NCBI GenBank assembly: GCA_963693365.1
Contig: CAVNZM010000013.1
Coordinates: 6,710,713-6,774,712 of the forward strand
Direction of reading: 5' to 3'
Origin: Amoebidium appalachense
Taxonomy: Eukaryota > Protista > Ichthyosporea
Length of the DNA stretch: 64,000 nucleotides
Below, one piece after another: positions 9,441 to 17,625 of the stretch. Position numbers and translations under genes: made by a program. Position 1 is the stretch's first letter. Every line of letters starts with the position of its first letter. The notes beneath the pieces are model-generated. The model did no database searches, was not told the DNA's origin, and saw only the letters and a list, made by a program, of their open reading frames with translations.

Positions 9441-9936
9441 TAAGGGTAAAATTTTGTGGAATGCCATCCACAACTTTGCTTGTTTCGACCAATTGCCTGT
9501 GTGCTCGCTCGTGATGACTCCACGAGGATCGAGTATGAAAAGTGGCAGCGCAGATATGGCAGGAATATGGTCTTACGCCCGTGTGCACTCTTTGGTGGAC
9601 GGTCAAACTGGCCTTGTGCCGGTATGATTTGCTGCATCCCATATAATCACATCTGAAAGAGTTCCCGCCAGAATGCGATCTCTGATGCACACGATATGAA
9701 CTTGGATGTATAAAATCCTTGCCACAATCGCTGCAAATAAAGGGTTTTTCTGACTTGTGTTTCCACATGTGTGTTGACAACGAAGCTGGGGTTGTATATG
9801 CAGCTGAACACTCCGGATAATCACATTTGAACAGGGTGCCTGTGTGTTTTCGCAGATGGGTTTCCAAGTGAGCCTTCTGCCTGAAGTTCCGTCCGCACTC
9901 CGGCCAGTTGCACTTCCACCCACGAGAATCTGTCAT
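9382..9936 (-). CDS. Intronless C2H2 zinc-finger protein (5 fingers)
   Basis: Tandem C2H2 motifs with HTGTLF, HKSEKPF and HTGVRPY linkers. Confidence 0.9.
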   Translation of the reverse strand: MTDSRGWKCNWPECGRNFRQKAHLETHLRKHTGTLFKCDYPECSAAYTTPASLSTHMWKHKSEKPFICSDCGKDFIHPSSYRVHQRSHSGGNSFRCDYMGCSKSYRHKASLTVHQRVHTGVRPYSCHICAATFHTRSSWSHHERAHRQLVETSKVVDGIPQNFTLTCYVGGTGLAELVGALPRE

Positions 9937-10030
9937 CGTTGAGGTTAAGGAATAAAAAAGCCAACGTTTTCCTTTGCCCTTAGTAATTCAAGTTACTCTG
10001 AGCATAAAATTAATGGTTTTTTATTTGTTT

Positions 10031-10298
10031 CATGAGTAACAATATCTTACTCAGGGTACTCATTCTGAGTAACACAGACAAGTTTCCCCCACTAGATGTT
10101 ACTCACCCAAATATGGTAAAGGTTTCCTTTTTAGGTATAAAAATGTGCAATTGTCATATAGTGAGTAGGATGAGTAGGATGAGTACGTACTCATCTACTG
10201 TGGGCTACGGGTATACCTAAATCTCAATCCAAAAGGAAATTGGAACACCCGGGGGGGACCAGATGAGTAGGTACTCAAGCTACTCATCCTACTCACCC
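10031..10298. repeat. Inverted iteron-like array (TGAGTA / TACTCA), candidate origin 2
   Basis: About a dozen TGAGTA/TACTCA hexamers in both orientations. GTGAGTAGGATGAGTAG (10161) is the reverse complement of CTACTCATCCTACTCAC (10280). AT-rich spacer at about 10110-10160. Overlaps the helicase-2 stop codon. Confidence 0.72.
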
Positions 10299-11684
10299 CA
10301 TCAAAATGGCCTCAAAATTTAGGTGGTACCCCTTACACCTCCCCTGGACAAACAAACTCATTCCATTAACTTTGTCCCCGAAAAGCTTCGAGAGGCATTC
10401 GCCCACTTGTCGCAGGCTGGCTGTCTGCGGGTTCTTGCCGTTTAAGCGCATCCACTCTTGAAGATGAAGGTGGATCTCGGTTGCTGTCACAAACTTTCCG
10501 TCGGTGAGGGCCATTCTTTCGCAGCTGTCCTCCCCCATGACAACATCCTTCAAAAAGGACAGACAGTCAGATCGGGAAAACGATTTCAGACGCTCCTTCA
10601 ACTTGGAGTTCGGTGGGCGGAGATAAAGCAAGATTGGATTCCCATTAGGACGGTGTTGGTGCAGAAATTGGAAGAGGTGGTGTAGAGCATCTTGATCCTC
10701 ATAGTGTGTCCAGAGGTTGTTGAAGTATGCCGTGTCATTGACTTTTGCAGGTGAGACCTCAAAGCAGGCAGAGCGGCGGTCGCTGGCTTCAACACGCAGT
10801 GGCCAGTCCTCGTTTGACATAAACACGTAGCGCTCACAGGACCGTCGGACCATTTGGTCGATGCCTTTTCGCTCGATAACCATTGTCGTGTCTGTTATCA
10901 TATTTTTGAGCTGGTTGTTGACTGTGTGTTCCCCCCCAAAGGTCACTTCATCGACCAACACAAGCAGCTTATCCGCGAGGTGTGCATTGAAATTCCCAAC
11001 CAATCGGTGTTTGCTGTTCACGGTTACAACCAAGGCGGGACCCAATAACTTGCTGAATATGTTCCAAAACATGTTTTTTCCCGTCCCTTGGACACTTTTG
11101 AAAAGACAACAACTATCAGGCTTTTGTCCTGGATGCTGGATGATATGTGCAATCCAATTAAGAAGAAACCCGCCCATGATGGGGTCACCGTTGGCCATAA
11201 TGTTGTGTAGGTGCCAGAGAAAGGGTCCCACTTTATGTGAGTCCACTCGGAAACCGTCAATAGGTGAAAACGCCATGCCGCCATATGTATTGAAGCAGGC
11301 GTAGTTCTCGTCCTTCTCGCATTTGAGATCAGCCGGGTCAAAAACAGCGTCGTTGAACCATGTTATTGTGGGTTCGCATAGATAGTCCTTCCCCAAGTAA
11401 ACAGCGTCTTTTTTCCCATTCGGATAGGTGAATCTCATGGCGGACAGAGTCCCGTTGACTGCCTCCCTGGATTGGAAATCAAAAGTGGTACGTCTCCCCT
11501 TGTTGATTTTTACCACATACACATTGCTATTTAGAACGCGAGCTACCTTTGTCCTCAAAAAAGCAATAATGGCATCTTTATCACACCAGGAACCAATGGA
11601 GCTTGATGGGGCAAAGCGCGGTAATCCATCCGTAACATTGAGAAACGAAGTACGTGCGGCCTCGTCAATGTTTATCATTATCAT
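10293..11684 (-). CDS. D5-like/superfamily-3 helicase, copy 2 (diverged paralog)
   Basis: VQGTGKN (Walker A), LVLVDE (Walker B), VFMSN (motif C), SDRR. Clear similarity to 3999-5531. Confidence 0.88.
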   Translation of the reverse strand: MIMINIDEAARTSFLNVTDGLPRFAPSSSIGSWCDKDAIIAFLRTKVARVLNSNVYVVKINKGRRTTFDFQSREAVNGTLSAMRFTYPNGKKDAVYLGKDYLCEPTITWFNDAVFDPADLKCEKDENYACFNTYGGMAFSPIDGFRVDSHKVGPFLWHLHNIMANGDPIMGGFLLNWIAHIIQHPGQKPDSCCLFKSVQGTGKNMFWNIFSKLLGPALVVTVNSKHRLVGNFNAHLADKLLVLVDEVTFGGEHTVNNQLKNMITDTTMVIERKGIDQMVRRSCERYVFMSNEDWPLRVEASDRRSACFEVSPAKVNDTAYFNNLWTHYEDQDALHHLFQFLHQHRPNGNPILLYLRPPNSKLKERLKSFSRSDCLSFLKDVVMGEDSCERMALTDGKFVTATEIHLHLQEWMRLNGKNPQTASLRQVGECLSKLFGDKVNGMSLFVQGRCKGYHLNFEAILMG

Positions 11685-11749
11685 CTTATACTAGAAAATA
11701 ATTTTGTCTGGGTGGGCTACGAGCCCTAAAACATGTATTTCCAGTTGCC

Positions 11750-11944
11750 CCGTGTGCAGGGCACTGATTTCTACCCTCTTCTGGTTGGTGCCAAGAGGCA
11801 GTGCCCTACACGTGTGGTGTCTAAACAGCCTATAGGCATGCTCTGTGTGCAGGGCACTAATTTGTTGTGCCTTCCTTTTTTGGTTAGATCTATACCCGGC
11901 CAATGGTTAGCAGCCACGGGTTTGTTTTCATCAAGCTTAGACGT
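11750..11944 (-). repeat. Inverted repeat copy A (about 195 bp)
   Basis: Reverse complement of about 16409-16603 with few differences. Confidence 0.9.
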
Positions 11945-12002
11945 TAATACATACTAAGTAACAGAATGAAATCACTCGCACGTGTTATCCCTCATGATTG
12001 TA

Positions 12003-12401
12003 TCAATCCGTTTCATCCGGAGTCTTAGCGGACTGGCCCAGCCGTATGAGACAGGCCCGTAGAAAGTCCTTTTGCTTCTTCAGCTTGTCGTTTTCCAGCT
12101 GCAGCTCTTGGTTCTCCACCACCAAATTCGTGACCACCCCCTGGTGCTTCTCGATATCGTCTCGTAGTTTCTTGTTCTCTTCGCACACCTTGTTGCGCTC
12201 CTCTTGCAGGCCCTTGATCACCTCCCGCTGGTTCTTGTTCATTGTGCGCAGCGCGTCGTTGTCCTTGTCCATGTCGTTGTTCAACTCCCTCAGCTGCTGG
12301 ATCAGCCCGTGCAGCCCCTCGTTGGCCTCCTTCAGCATCTTGTTGGTCTCTTGCAGCTGCTCGGTGTGTGCATCTTGGCGCTGTGTATCTGTTTCATCCA
12401 T
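12003..12401 (-). CDS. Coiled-coil hypothetical protein
   Basis: Heptad-rich E/K/Q/L/N sequence, ATG start. Confidence 0.65.
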   Translation of the reverse strand: MDETDTQRQDAHTEQLQETNKMLKEANEGLHGLIQQLRELNNDMDKDNDALRTMNKNQREVIKGLQEERNKVCEENKKLRDDIEKHQGVVTNLVVENQELQLENDKLKKQKDFLRACLIRLGQSAKTPDETD

Positions 12402-12448
12402 TGTGTCGTTTGCAGCCGGTTGGGCAGGAGGTGTTTAGTTTTTCTATC

Positions 12449-12663
12449 CACGAAGCAAAGCAGTGTGAACAAAAAAACGCCCCTCTTATTTTTACGAAGC
12501 AAAAGTGTGACCCAAAAAAACGTCCCTCTTACACAGTGCAAAATAAAGCAAAATCCTATGATGCGCAAACACACCGTGAACTAAAAAAACTCGCCACTGA
12601 TTATTTACACGAAGTAAAGCAGTGTGAACAAAAAAAAGCCCCCCTTACACAATGCAAAATAAA
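12449..12663. repeat. Degenerate direct repeats (CACGAAG.AAAGCAGTGTGAACAAAAAAA.. / CTTACACA.TGCAAAATAAA)
   Basis: Two to three imperfect copies upstream of the 12003-12401 ORF. Confidence 0.6.
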
Positions 12664-12979
12664 ACACACACACACACACACCAAGCCATTTGTATCCAGC
12701 GCGGACCCCTTTTTGTGCGCACACTTCTGATTGGTGTATAACTATTGGATCCACGTGAGCGCGAGTTTCCCAAGTGCTGCTCAAAAAGTGACATGTTGAC
12801 ATCGTGCTCAAGCTGTCAGCACCATGTGATTGCGTACCTTTCCTGACCAATTTTTGTATCCCTGATAGACAGAATAATGCTCGTAATTGTTGGGAAGCAT
12901 ATTCGTGTTTTTTTAGGAGTTGCTACATCAAAATACATTGTGTTCAAACACTGACGGCCTTGCAAAGATCGGATTACAA

Positions 12980-13230
12980 TCCAATCTGTCAAAATGACAA
13001 TTCTCAAGTCAAAACATGCTCTTGTTTAATATCCAATCAGAATTCATCAATCAGTCAGCAGATTTGGTTGAGCCTCAACTTATCAGATACACCAAGATGC
13101 CAAAATGACAATTAACCAATCAGATGTTCACGCGATCTCTAGATCCAATCAAGCGTCGCGGCTGGGGTATATCCAACCAATCTAATGCAATAACGCGTGT
13201 GATGCCAAAGCCGGGTACGTCATATAAAAG
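12980..13230 (+). promoter_or_regulatory. Pol II-type promoter: clustered CCAAT boxes plus TATAAAAG
   Basis: Several CCAATC motifs at 12980-13180 and TATAAAAG at 13223, about 90 bp before ATG 13315. Confidence 0.5.
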
Positions 13231-13314
13231 CCCCTACTCTCTTCAATCCACACACCTTTTCCATGCTAGCTAGCTTCTCCCTTGGCACACAACGTACATC
13301 CAACTGTCACGAAA

Positions 13315-13860
13315 ATGAGTTCTAAAGAGGATATCAAAGATCTAGAAAGGCGCGCTGAAAAAATAGAGACAAGACTCAAGACTTTGGAGGAGGATGCAAA
13401 GGCCCTGCGGGACACCCAGGCCCGTTTCGCGCGCGCCCTTGCTAGGCACACCCGCGCTTCGCGCACCACTACAGCGGCAACCGTGGCACCCCCAGCGGCA
13501 ACCGTGGCACCCCCTGTCCTGGCAGCGGCACCTGCACTTCGTGCTGGCGAGCATGGCAGCTCCTATCCCGTGGACTTGGCCCCCCAGCCCCTGCAGCGCT
13601 CACGTTTGCACATCACACAGGGGTCCAAGACACGGGAGAAACCACGAAGACAGCAGAAGAGGACACGAGAGGAAGTCAGAAGCTCTGGGTCGGAGGAGGA
13701 GTACATTCCTCCAGTGCCTGGTCTGTCTCGGGCCTCGTTAGCTTGGTTCAAGACCTTGACACGGGGACAGCAGTCAGAACATGAGGAGTACTCGTCTTCC
13801 GAGTCTTCAGACGGAGATACCAACAGGCCTCGACACGGTGAAAAAAGGGGCCGCTATTAG
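13315..13860 (+). CDS. Hypothetical protein (N-terminal coiled coil, low-complexity C-terminus)
   Basis: MSSKEDIKDLERRAEKIETRLKTLEEDAKAL..., preceded by a TATA box. Confidence 0.6.
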   Translation: MSSKEDIKDLERRAEKIETRLKTLEEDAKALRDTQARFARALARHTRASRTTTAATVAPPAATVAPPVLAAAPALRAGEHGSSYPVDLAPQPLQRSRLHITQGSKTREKPRRQQKRTREEVRSSGSEEEYIPPVPGLSRASLAWFKTLTRGQQSEHEEYSSSESSDGDTNRPRHGEKRGRY

Positions 13861-13912
13861 AGAGTAGCCTCAGGCTATTCTAGTGCTTGTGTGCAGATGT
13901 ACTTAACATTGA

Positions 13913-14668
13913 GTGTACTTAGGGTGGTGCAGACGTGTACTTAGGTGGTGCAGACATATACTTAGGGTGGTGCAGACATATACTTAGGGTGGTGCAGACA
14001 TGTACTTAGGGTGGTGCAGACGTGTACTTAGGTGGTGCAGACATGTACTTAGGGTGGTGCAGACGTGTACTTAGGTGGTGCAGACATATACTTAGGGTGG
14101 TGCAGACATATACTTAGGGTGGTGCAGACATGTACTTAGGGTGGTGCAGACATGTACTTAGGGTGGTGCAGACGTGTACTTAGGTGGTGCAGACGTGTAC
14201 TTAGGTGGTGCAGACATATACTTAGGGTGGTGCAGACATGTACTTAGGGTGGTGCAGAGTGTACTTAGGGTGGTGCAGACATATACTTAGGGTGGTGCAG
14301 ACATGTACTTAGGGTGGTGCAGACATCATGTACTTAGGGTGGTGCAGACGTGTACTTAGGTGGTGCAGACATATACTTAGGGTGGTGCAGACATGTACTT
14401 AGGGTGGTGCAGAGTGTACTTAGGGTGGTGCAGACATATACTTAGGGTGGTGCAGACATGTACTTAGGGTGGTGCAGAGTGTACTTAGGGTGGTGCAGAC
14501 ATATACTTAGGGTGGTGCAGACATGTACTTAGGGTGGTGCAGACATGTACTTAGGGTGTGCAGAGTGTACTTAGGTGGTGCAGACGTGTACTTAGGTGGT
14601 GCAGAGTGTACTTAGGGTGGGGCTGTGCACCACAGTGTACTTAGGGTGTGCAGAGTGTACTTAGGTGG
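13913..14668 (+). repeat. Tandem array of a 21-22 bp unit (GTACTTAGGGTGGTGCAGACAT and variants)
   Basis: Roughly 35 head-to-tail copies with TTAGGG/TTAGG and ATGTAC/ATATAC/GTGTAC variants. No unique spacers. Confidence 0.95.
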
Positions 14669-15071
14669 GTGTCTTGTGGTGAAAGTAAAGTTTATGGCAT
14701 ACAGGCAGATGTGTGCTTTAAGCCTTAGGGAACTGTGGGCAGACATGTCAACACTTGGGCCTATGGGTAGACGTGTACACACTTAGTGTATTTGTTTGTG
14801 TCTCTCATGGTTATTTTATAGCATGAAGCACTGCAAAAAATGGTGTATGTTTCCGTGGTCCACGTACACAGAATCCTTTAATATGAACACAAGTGATTGT
14901 ATAGAAAAAGACTAAGTACGTACATGATAGTCTAGTCAGATTACAAAGAACAAATCAACTTGGACCTAGTATATTAAAATACAAACTAAAAGAGAAAAGA
15001 AACAAATTAAAACAAGACCGATCAATTCAAATACAAATCAAAAGAGAATGCCACTTAGTCGACCAATCAAA

Positions 15072-16196
15072 TCAGTCCATCTCATCCTGGTCAAAATATT
15101 CCTGGTCGAGATCAATGATGGGAATTTCTTCAGTTTGTTTATGTTTGGGTTCAGGCTTGCGGTCATACATGACCGACTCACGATCAGACGCAGATTCGTC
15201 ATCTGTCATATCATCGAGTACCTGATTTGCCCGTCGTTTGAGCCGCCTGGGGTTGAACGCTTCATCTGAGTCCCAATCACATTGATCATGGACGCGTTTG
15301 GTGGGTGAGGCAGGTGAGGAGACAGACTCATTACCACCTGTGTATGCCTTCAAGTTCTTCTCCCGTCGCAGAATCTTCCTTCGGATGCTTTTTATGGTGT
15401 TTTGGGCTACACCCACAGCAGCAAGGGCCAAGGCCTCCGCCATTTCATCTTCAGCCGCCTTTGCCTCTTTGACACGCTCTCGAGCATTCTGGAGCTCCCC
15501 CCTCACACTAGTTAGCTGTGCATCGAGGTCCATCGTATGGTCATGCAACGAAGTCTCAGGTGTCTTGGAGTGCTTGGGCCTGGGCTTAGCGGCAGGGGTG
15601 GTCTTGGCAGGGGCGGTCTTGGTGGTAGGGGTGGCCTTGGCAGGGGCGGTCTTTGCGGCAGGGGTTGGGGCAGTCACAGTGGTGGTCTTTGCGGCAGGGG
15701 TGGGGGCAGTCACAGTGGTGGTCTTGGCGGCAGGGGTGGGGGCAGTCACAGTGGTGGTCTTGGCGGCAGGGGTGGGGGCAGTCACAGTGGTGGTCTTTGC
15801 GGCAGGGGTGGGGGCAGTCAGAGTGGTGGTCTTGGCGGCAGGGGTGGGGGCAGTCAGAGTGGTGGTCTTGGCGACAGGGGTAGTCTTGCGAGGGCCACTG
15901 AAAATGTAGTTTTCATAGGCCACCTGGCCATCCCGGCGGGGTGCTGCAGCCCGTTGCAGGCTGGCAAGCTCGGCCTGCAGGGTCTTGATCTGCTCTTCGG
16001 CTGCCCTCAGTCGTGCCTCTACATCAGAGGGCTGGGGTTGGGGGGGTCGGGGGGTACGCGCAGCATTCTCATTGGTCACTTGACTGCGGAGGCTGATGAG
16101 GTCGGTGTGCAGGGCCGTTAAGCGAGACGAATGGTCCGTGTACAGAAAATCAAAGCGCTTCTGCAGCTGTTGAAGCTCCTCTTTCAAAGAATCCAT
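15072..16196 (-). CDS. Coiled-coil protein with TTVTAPTPAAK repeats
   Basis: 374-aa ORF with 33 bp tandem repeats at about 15650-15880. ATATAAAAG about 95 bp upstream on the - strand. Confidence 0.7.
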   Translation of the reverse strand: MDSLKEELQQLQKRFDFLYTDHSSRLTALHTDLISLRSQVTNENAARTPRPPQPQPSDVEARLRAAEEQIKTLQAELASLQRAAAPRRDGQVAYENYIFSGPRKTTPVAKTTTLTAPTPAAKTTTLTAPTPAAKTTTVTAPTPAAKTTTVTAPTPAAKTTTVTAPTPAAKTTTVTAPTPAAKTAPAKATPTTKTAPAKTTPAAKPRPKHSKTPETSLHDHTMDLDAQLTSVRGELQNARERVKEAKAAEDEMAEALALAAVGVAQNTIKSIRRKILRREKNLKAYTGGNESVSSPASPTKRVHDQCDWDSDEAFNPRRLKRRANQVLDDMTDDESASDRESVMYDRKPEPKHKQTEEIPIIDLDQEYFDQDEMD

Positions 16197-16408
16197 GTTT
16201 CGTGTGAGTGTTTGAAAAACAAGTTTGTTGTGTGTCGCCTTTTACTATTGAGTGTCAGTGTTGAAATGAGTGAATGTGACTGTGTGTGCTGCTTTTATAT
16301 GCCACGGTACAAAGCAGCTTACATCAATGGTGCCAAGGCTCAATGGGATAGATCTGTCCAATCAACGGTCATTGTCACTCAAACGGCTTTGATGATTGAC
16401 AAAGTATC

Positions 16409-16741
16409 ACGTCTAAGCTTGATGAAAACAAACCCGTGGCTGCTAACCATTGGCCGGGTATAGATCTAACCAAAAAAGGAAGGCACAACAAATTAGTGCC
16501 CTGCACACGGAGCATGCCTATAGGCTGTTTAGACACCACACGTGTAGCGCACTGCCTCTTGGCACCAACCAGAAGATGGCACAAATTGGTGCCTGCACAC
16601 GGAGCATGCCTATAGGCTGTTTAGACACCACACGTGTAGGGCACTGCCTCTTGGCACCAACCAGAAGATGGCACAAATTGGTGCCCTGCACACGGAGCAT
16701 GCCTATAGGCTGTTTAGACACCACACGTGTAGGGCGCTGCC
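16409..16741 (+). repeat. Inverted repeat copy B, extended by about 2.6 tandem 92-93 bp units
   Basis: Units start at 16496, 16589 and 16681 (GTGCC(C)TGCACACGGAGCATGCCTATAGG...). Confidence 0.9.
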
Positions 16742-17011
16742 CCCCCCCCCCCCCCCCCAGCCCCCCTGCACGTGTGCCCCCCAGCCCCCCTGCCCCCCCT
16801 CCTGCCGGAACCAGGCCCCCCAGTGGTTGCAGTGAGTGTCTTAATATGCATACATATTATTTATCCACGCTGTGAGTGGCTCGCCAGTCTCGCCTGCTCC
16901 TCTGCCTCCTCTGCCTCCCCCTCCCCCCAGCCCCCCCTGCCTCCCGTCCTGCCGGAACCAAGCCCCCCAGTGGTGGCAGTGAGTGTCTTACATGCTAGTG
17001 ATTTGCTATTA

Positions 17012-17130
17012 TATGGCCACATGGCCAGATGGCCAGATCATTTTGACTCCCCGTTTTATCCCGTTTTATCCCGTTTTATCCACCTCTTTTCACACACTGA
17101 ATTTGATCTGGCCATCTGGCCATCTGGGTA
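17012..17130. repeat. Inverted TGGCCAGA(T) array with internal (CCGTTTTATC)x3
   Basis: ATGGCCAGATGGCCAGATCA ... TGATCTGGCCATCTGGCCAT; three exact 10-mers at 17051-17080. Confidence 0.8.
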
Positions 17131-17241
17131 TAAACCGTTTTCTGTTCTAATGTTGGAGAACTGTCGATAGTGATAGAAAATGTCATTGGAAGAACAATCG
17201 GGAAACCCCGTGGTGTGACAACCAATCAGAATGAAGCAATA

Positions 17242-17625
17242 TTGGGATATTCGGGTTGGTTGTAAGGTTTTCGGGTCGGGCCGAAGGCCCTAACGGGCCG
17301 CAGGCCCGCTTATTGGGCCGCTAGGCCCTAGGCCGCTAGGCCTGGGGCCCCGGGGACCGGGGGGCCCGACTCGGCCCGCGAGCCACCCCCGGCCCGGCCC
17401 GGCCCCCCGGGGCCCAGGGGGGGGTTAGCAGCCGCTGCTAACCCCCCCCCTGGGCCCCGGGGGGCCGGGCCGGGCCGGGGGTGGCTCGCGGGCCGAGTCG
17501 GGCCCCCCGGTCCCCGGGGCCCCAGGCCTAGCGGCCTAGGGCCTAGCGGCCCAATAAGCGGGCCTGCGGCCCGTTAGGGCCTTCGGCCCGACCCGAAAAC
17601 CTTACAACCAACCCGAATATCCCAA
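17242..17625. repeat. 384 bp near-perfect GC-rich palindrome (putative hairpin terminus)
   Basis: Arms 17242-17432 and 17434-17625 are reverse complements. The centre is TTAGCAGC-C-GCTGCTAA. The only difference seen is G8 versus C9. Confidence 0.95.

Larger units (their letters stand above)
1..17625. mobile_element. Right end of an endogenous virus-like/linear-replicon element (left end outside window)
   Basis: Dense, apparently intronless ORFs of families common in large DNA viruses (D5/SF3 helicases, Fic, patatin, PD-(D/E)XK, KilA/Bro-like fragment). The host microsatellites are almost absent. Ends at a 384 bp palindrome, after which intron- and microsatellite-rich DNA begins. Confidence 0.75.

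Noticed and set aside
13913-14668. Possible CRISPR array
   Set aside because: Units are head-to-tail with no unique spacers, no cas genes are present, and the context is eukaryotic.
16450-16875. ORFs MAGYRSNQKRK... (also 11691-11903)
   Set aside because: Non-ATG ORFs arising from the inverted/tandem repeat; no protein-like features.
1-17625. Assignment as Polinton/Maverick or Helitron
   Set aside because: No pPolB, retroviral-like integrase, capsid or HUH-Rep/PIF1 helicase in the window, and the terminus does not match their typical ends. The class remains undetermined.
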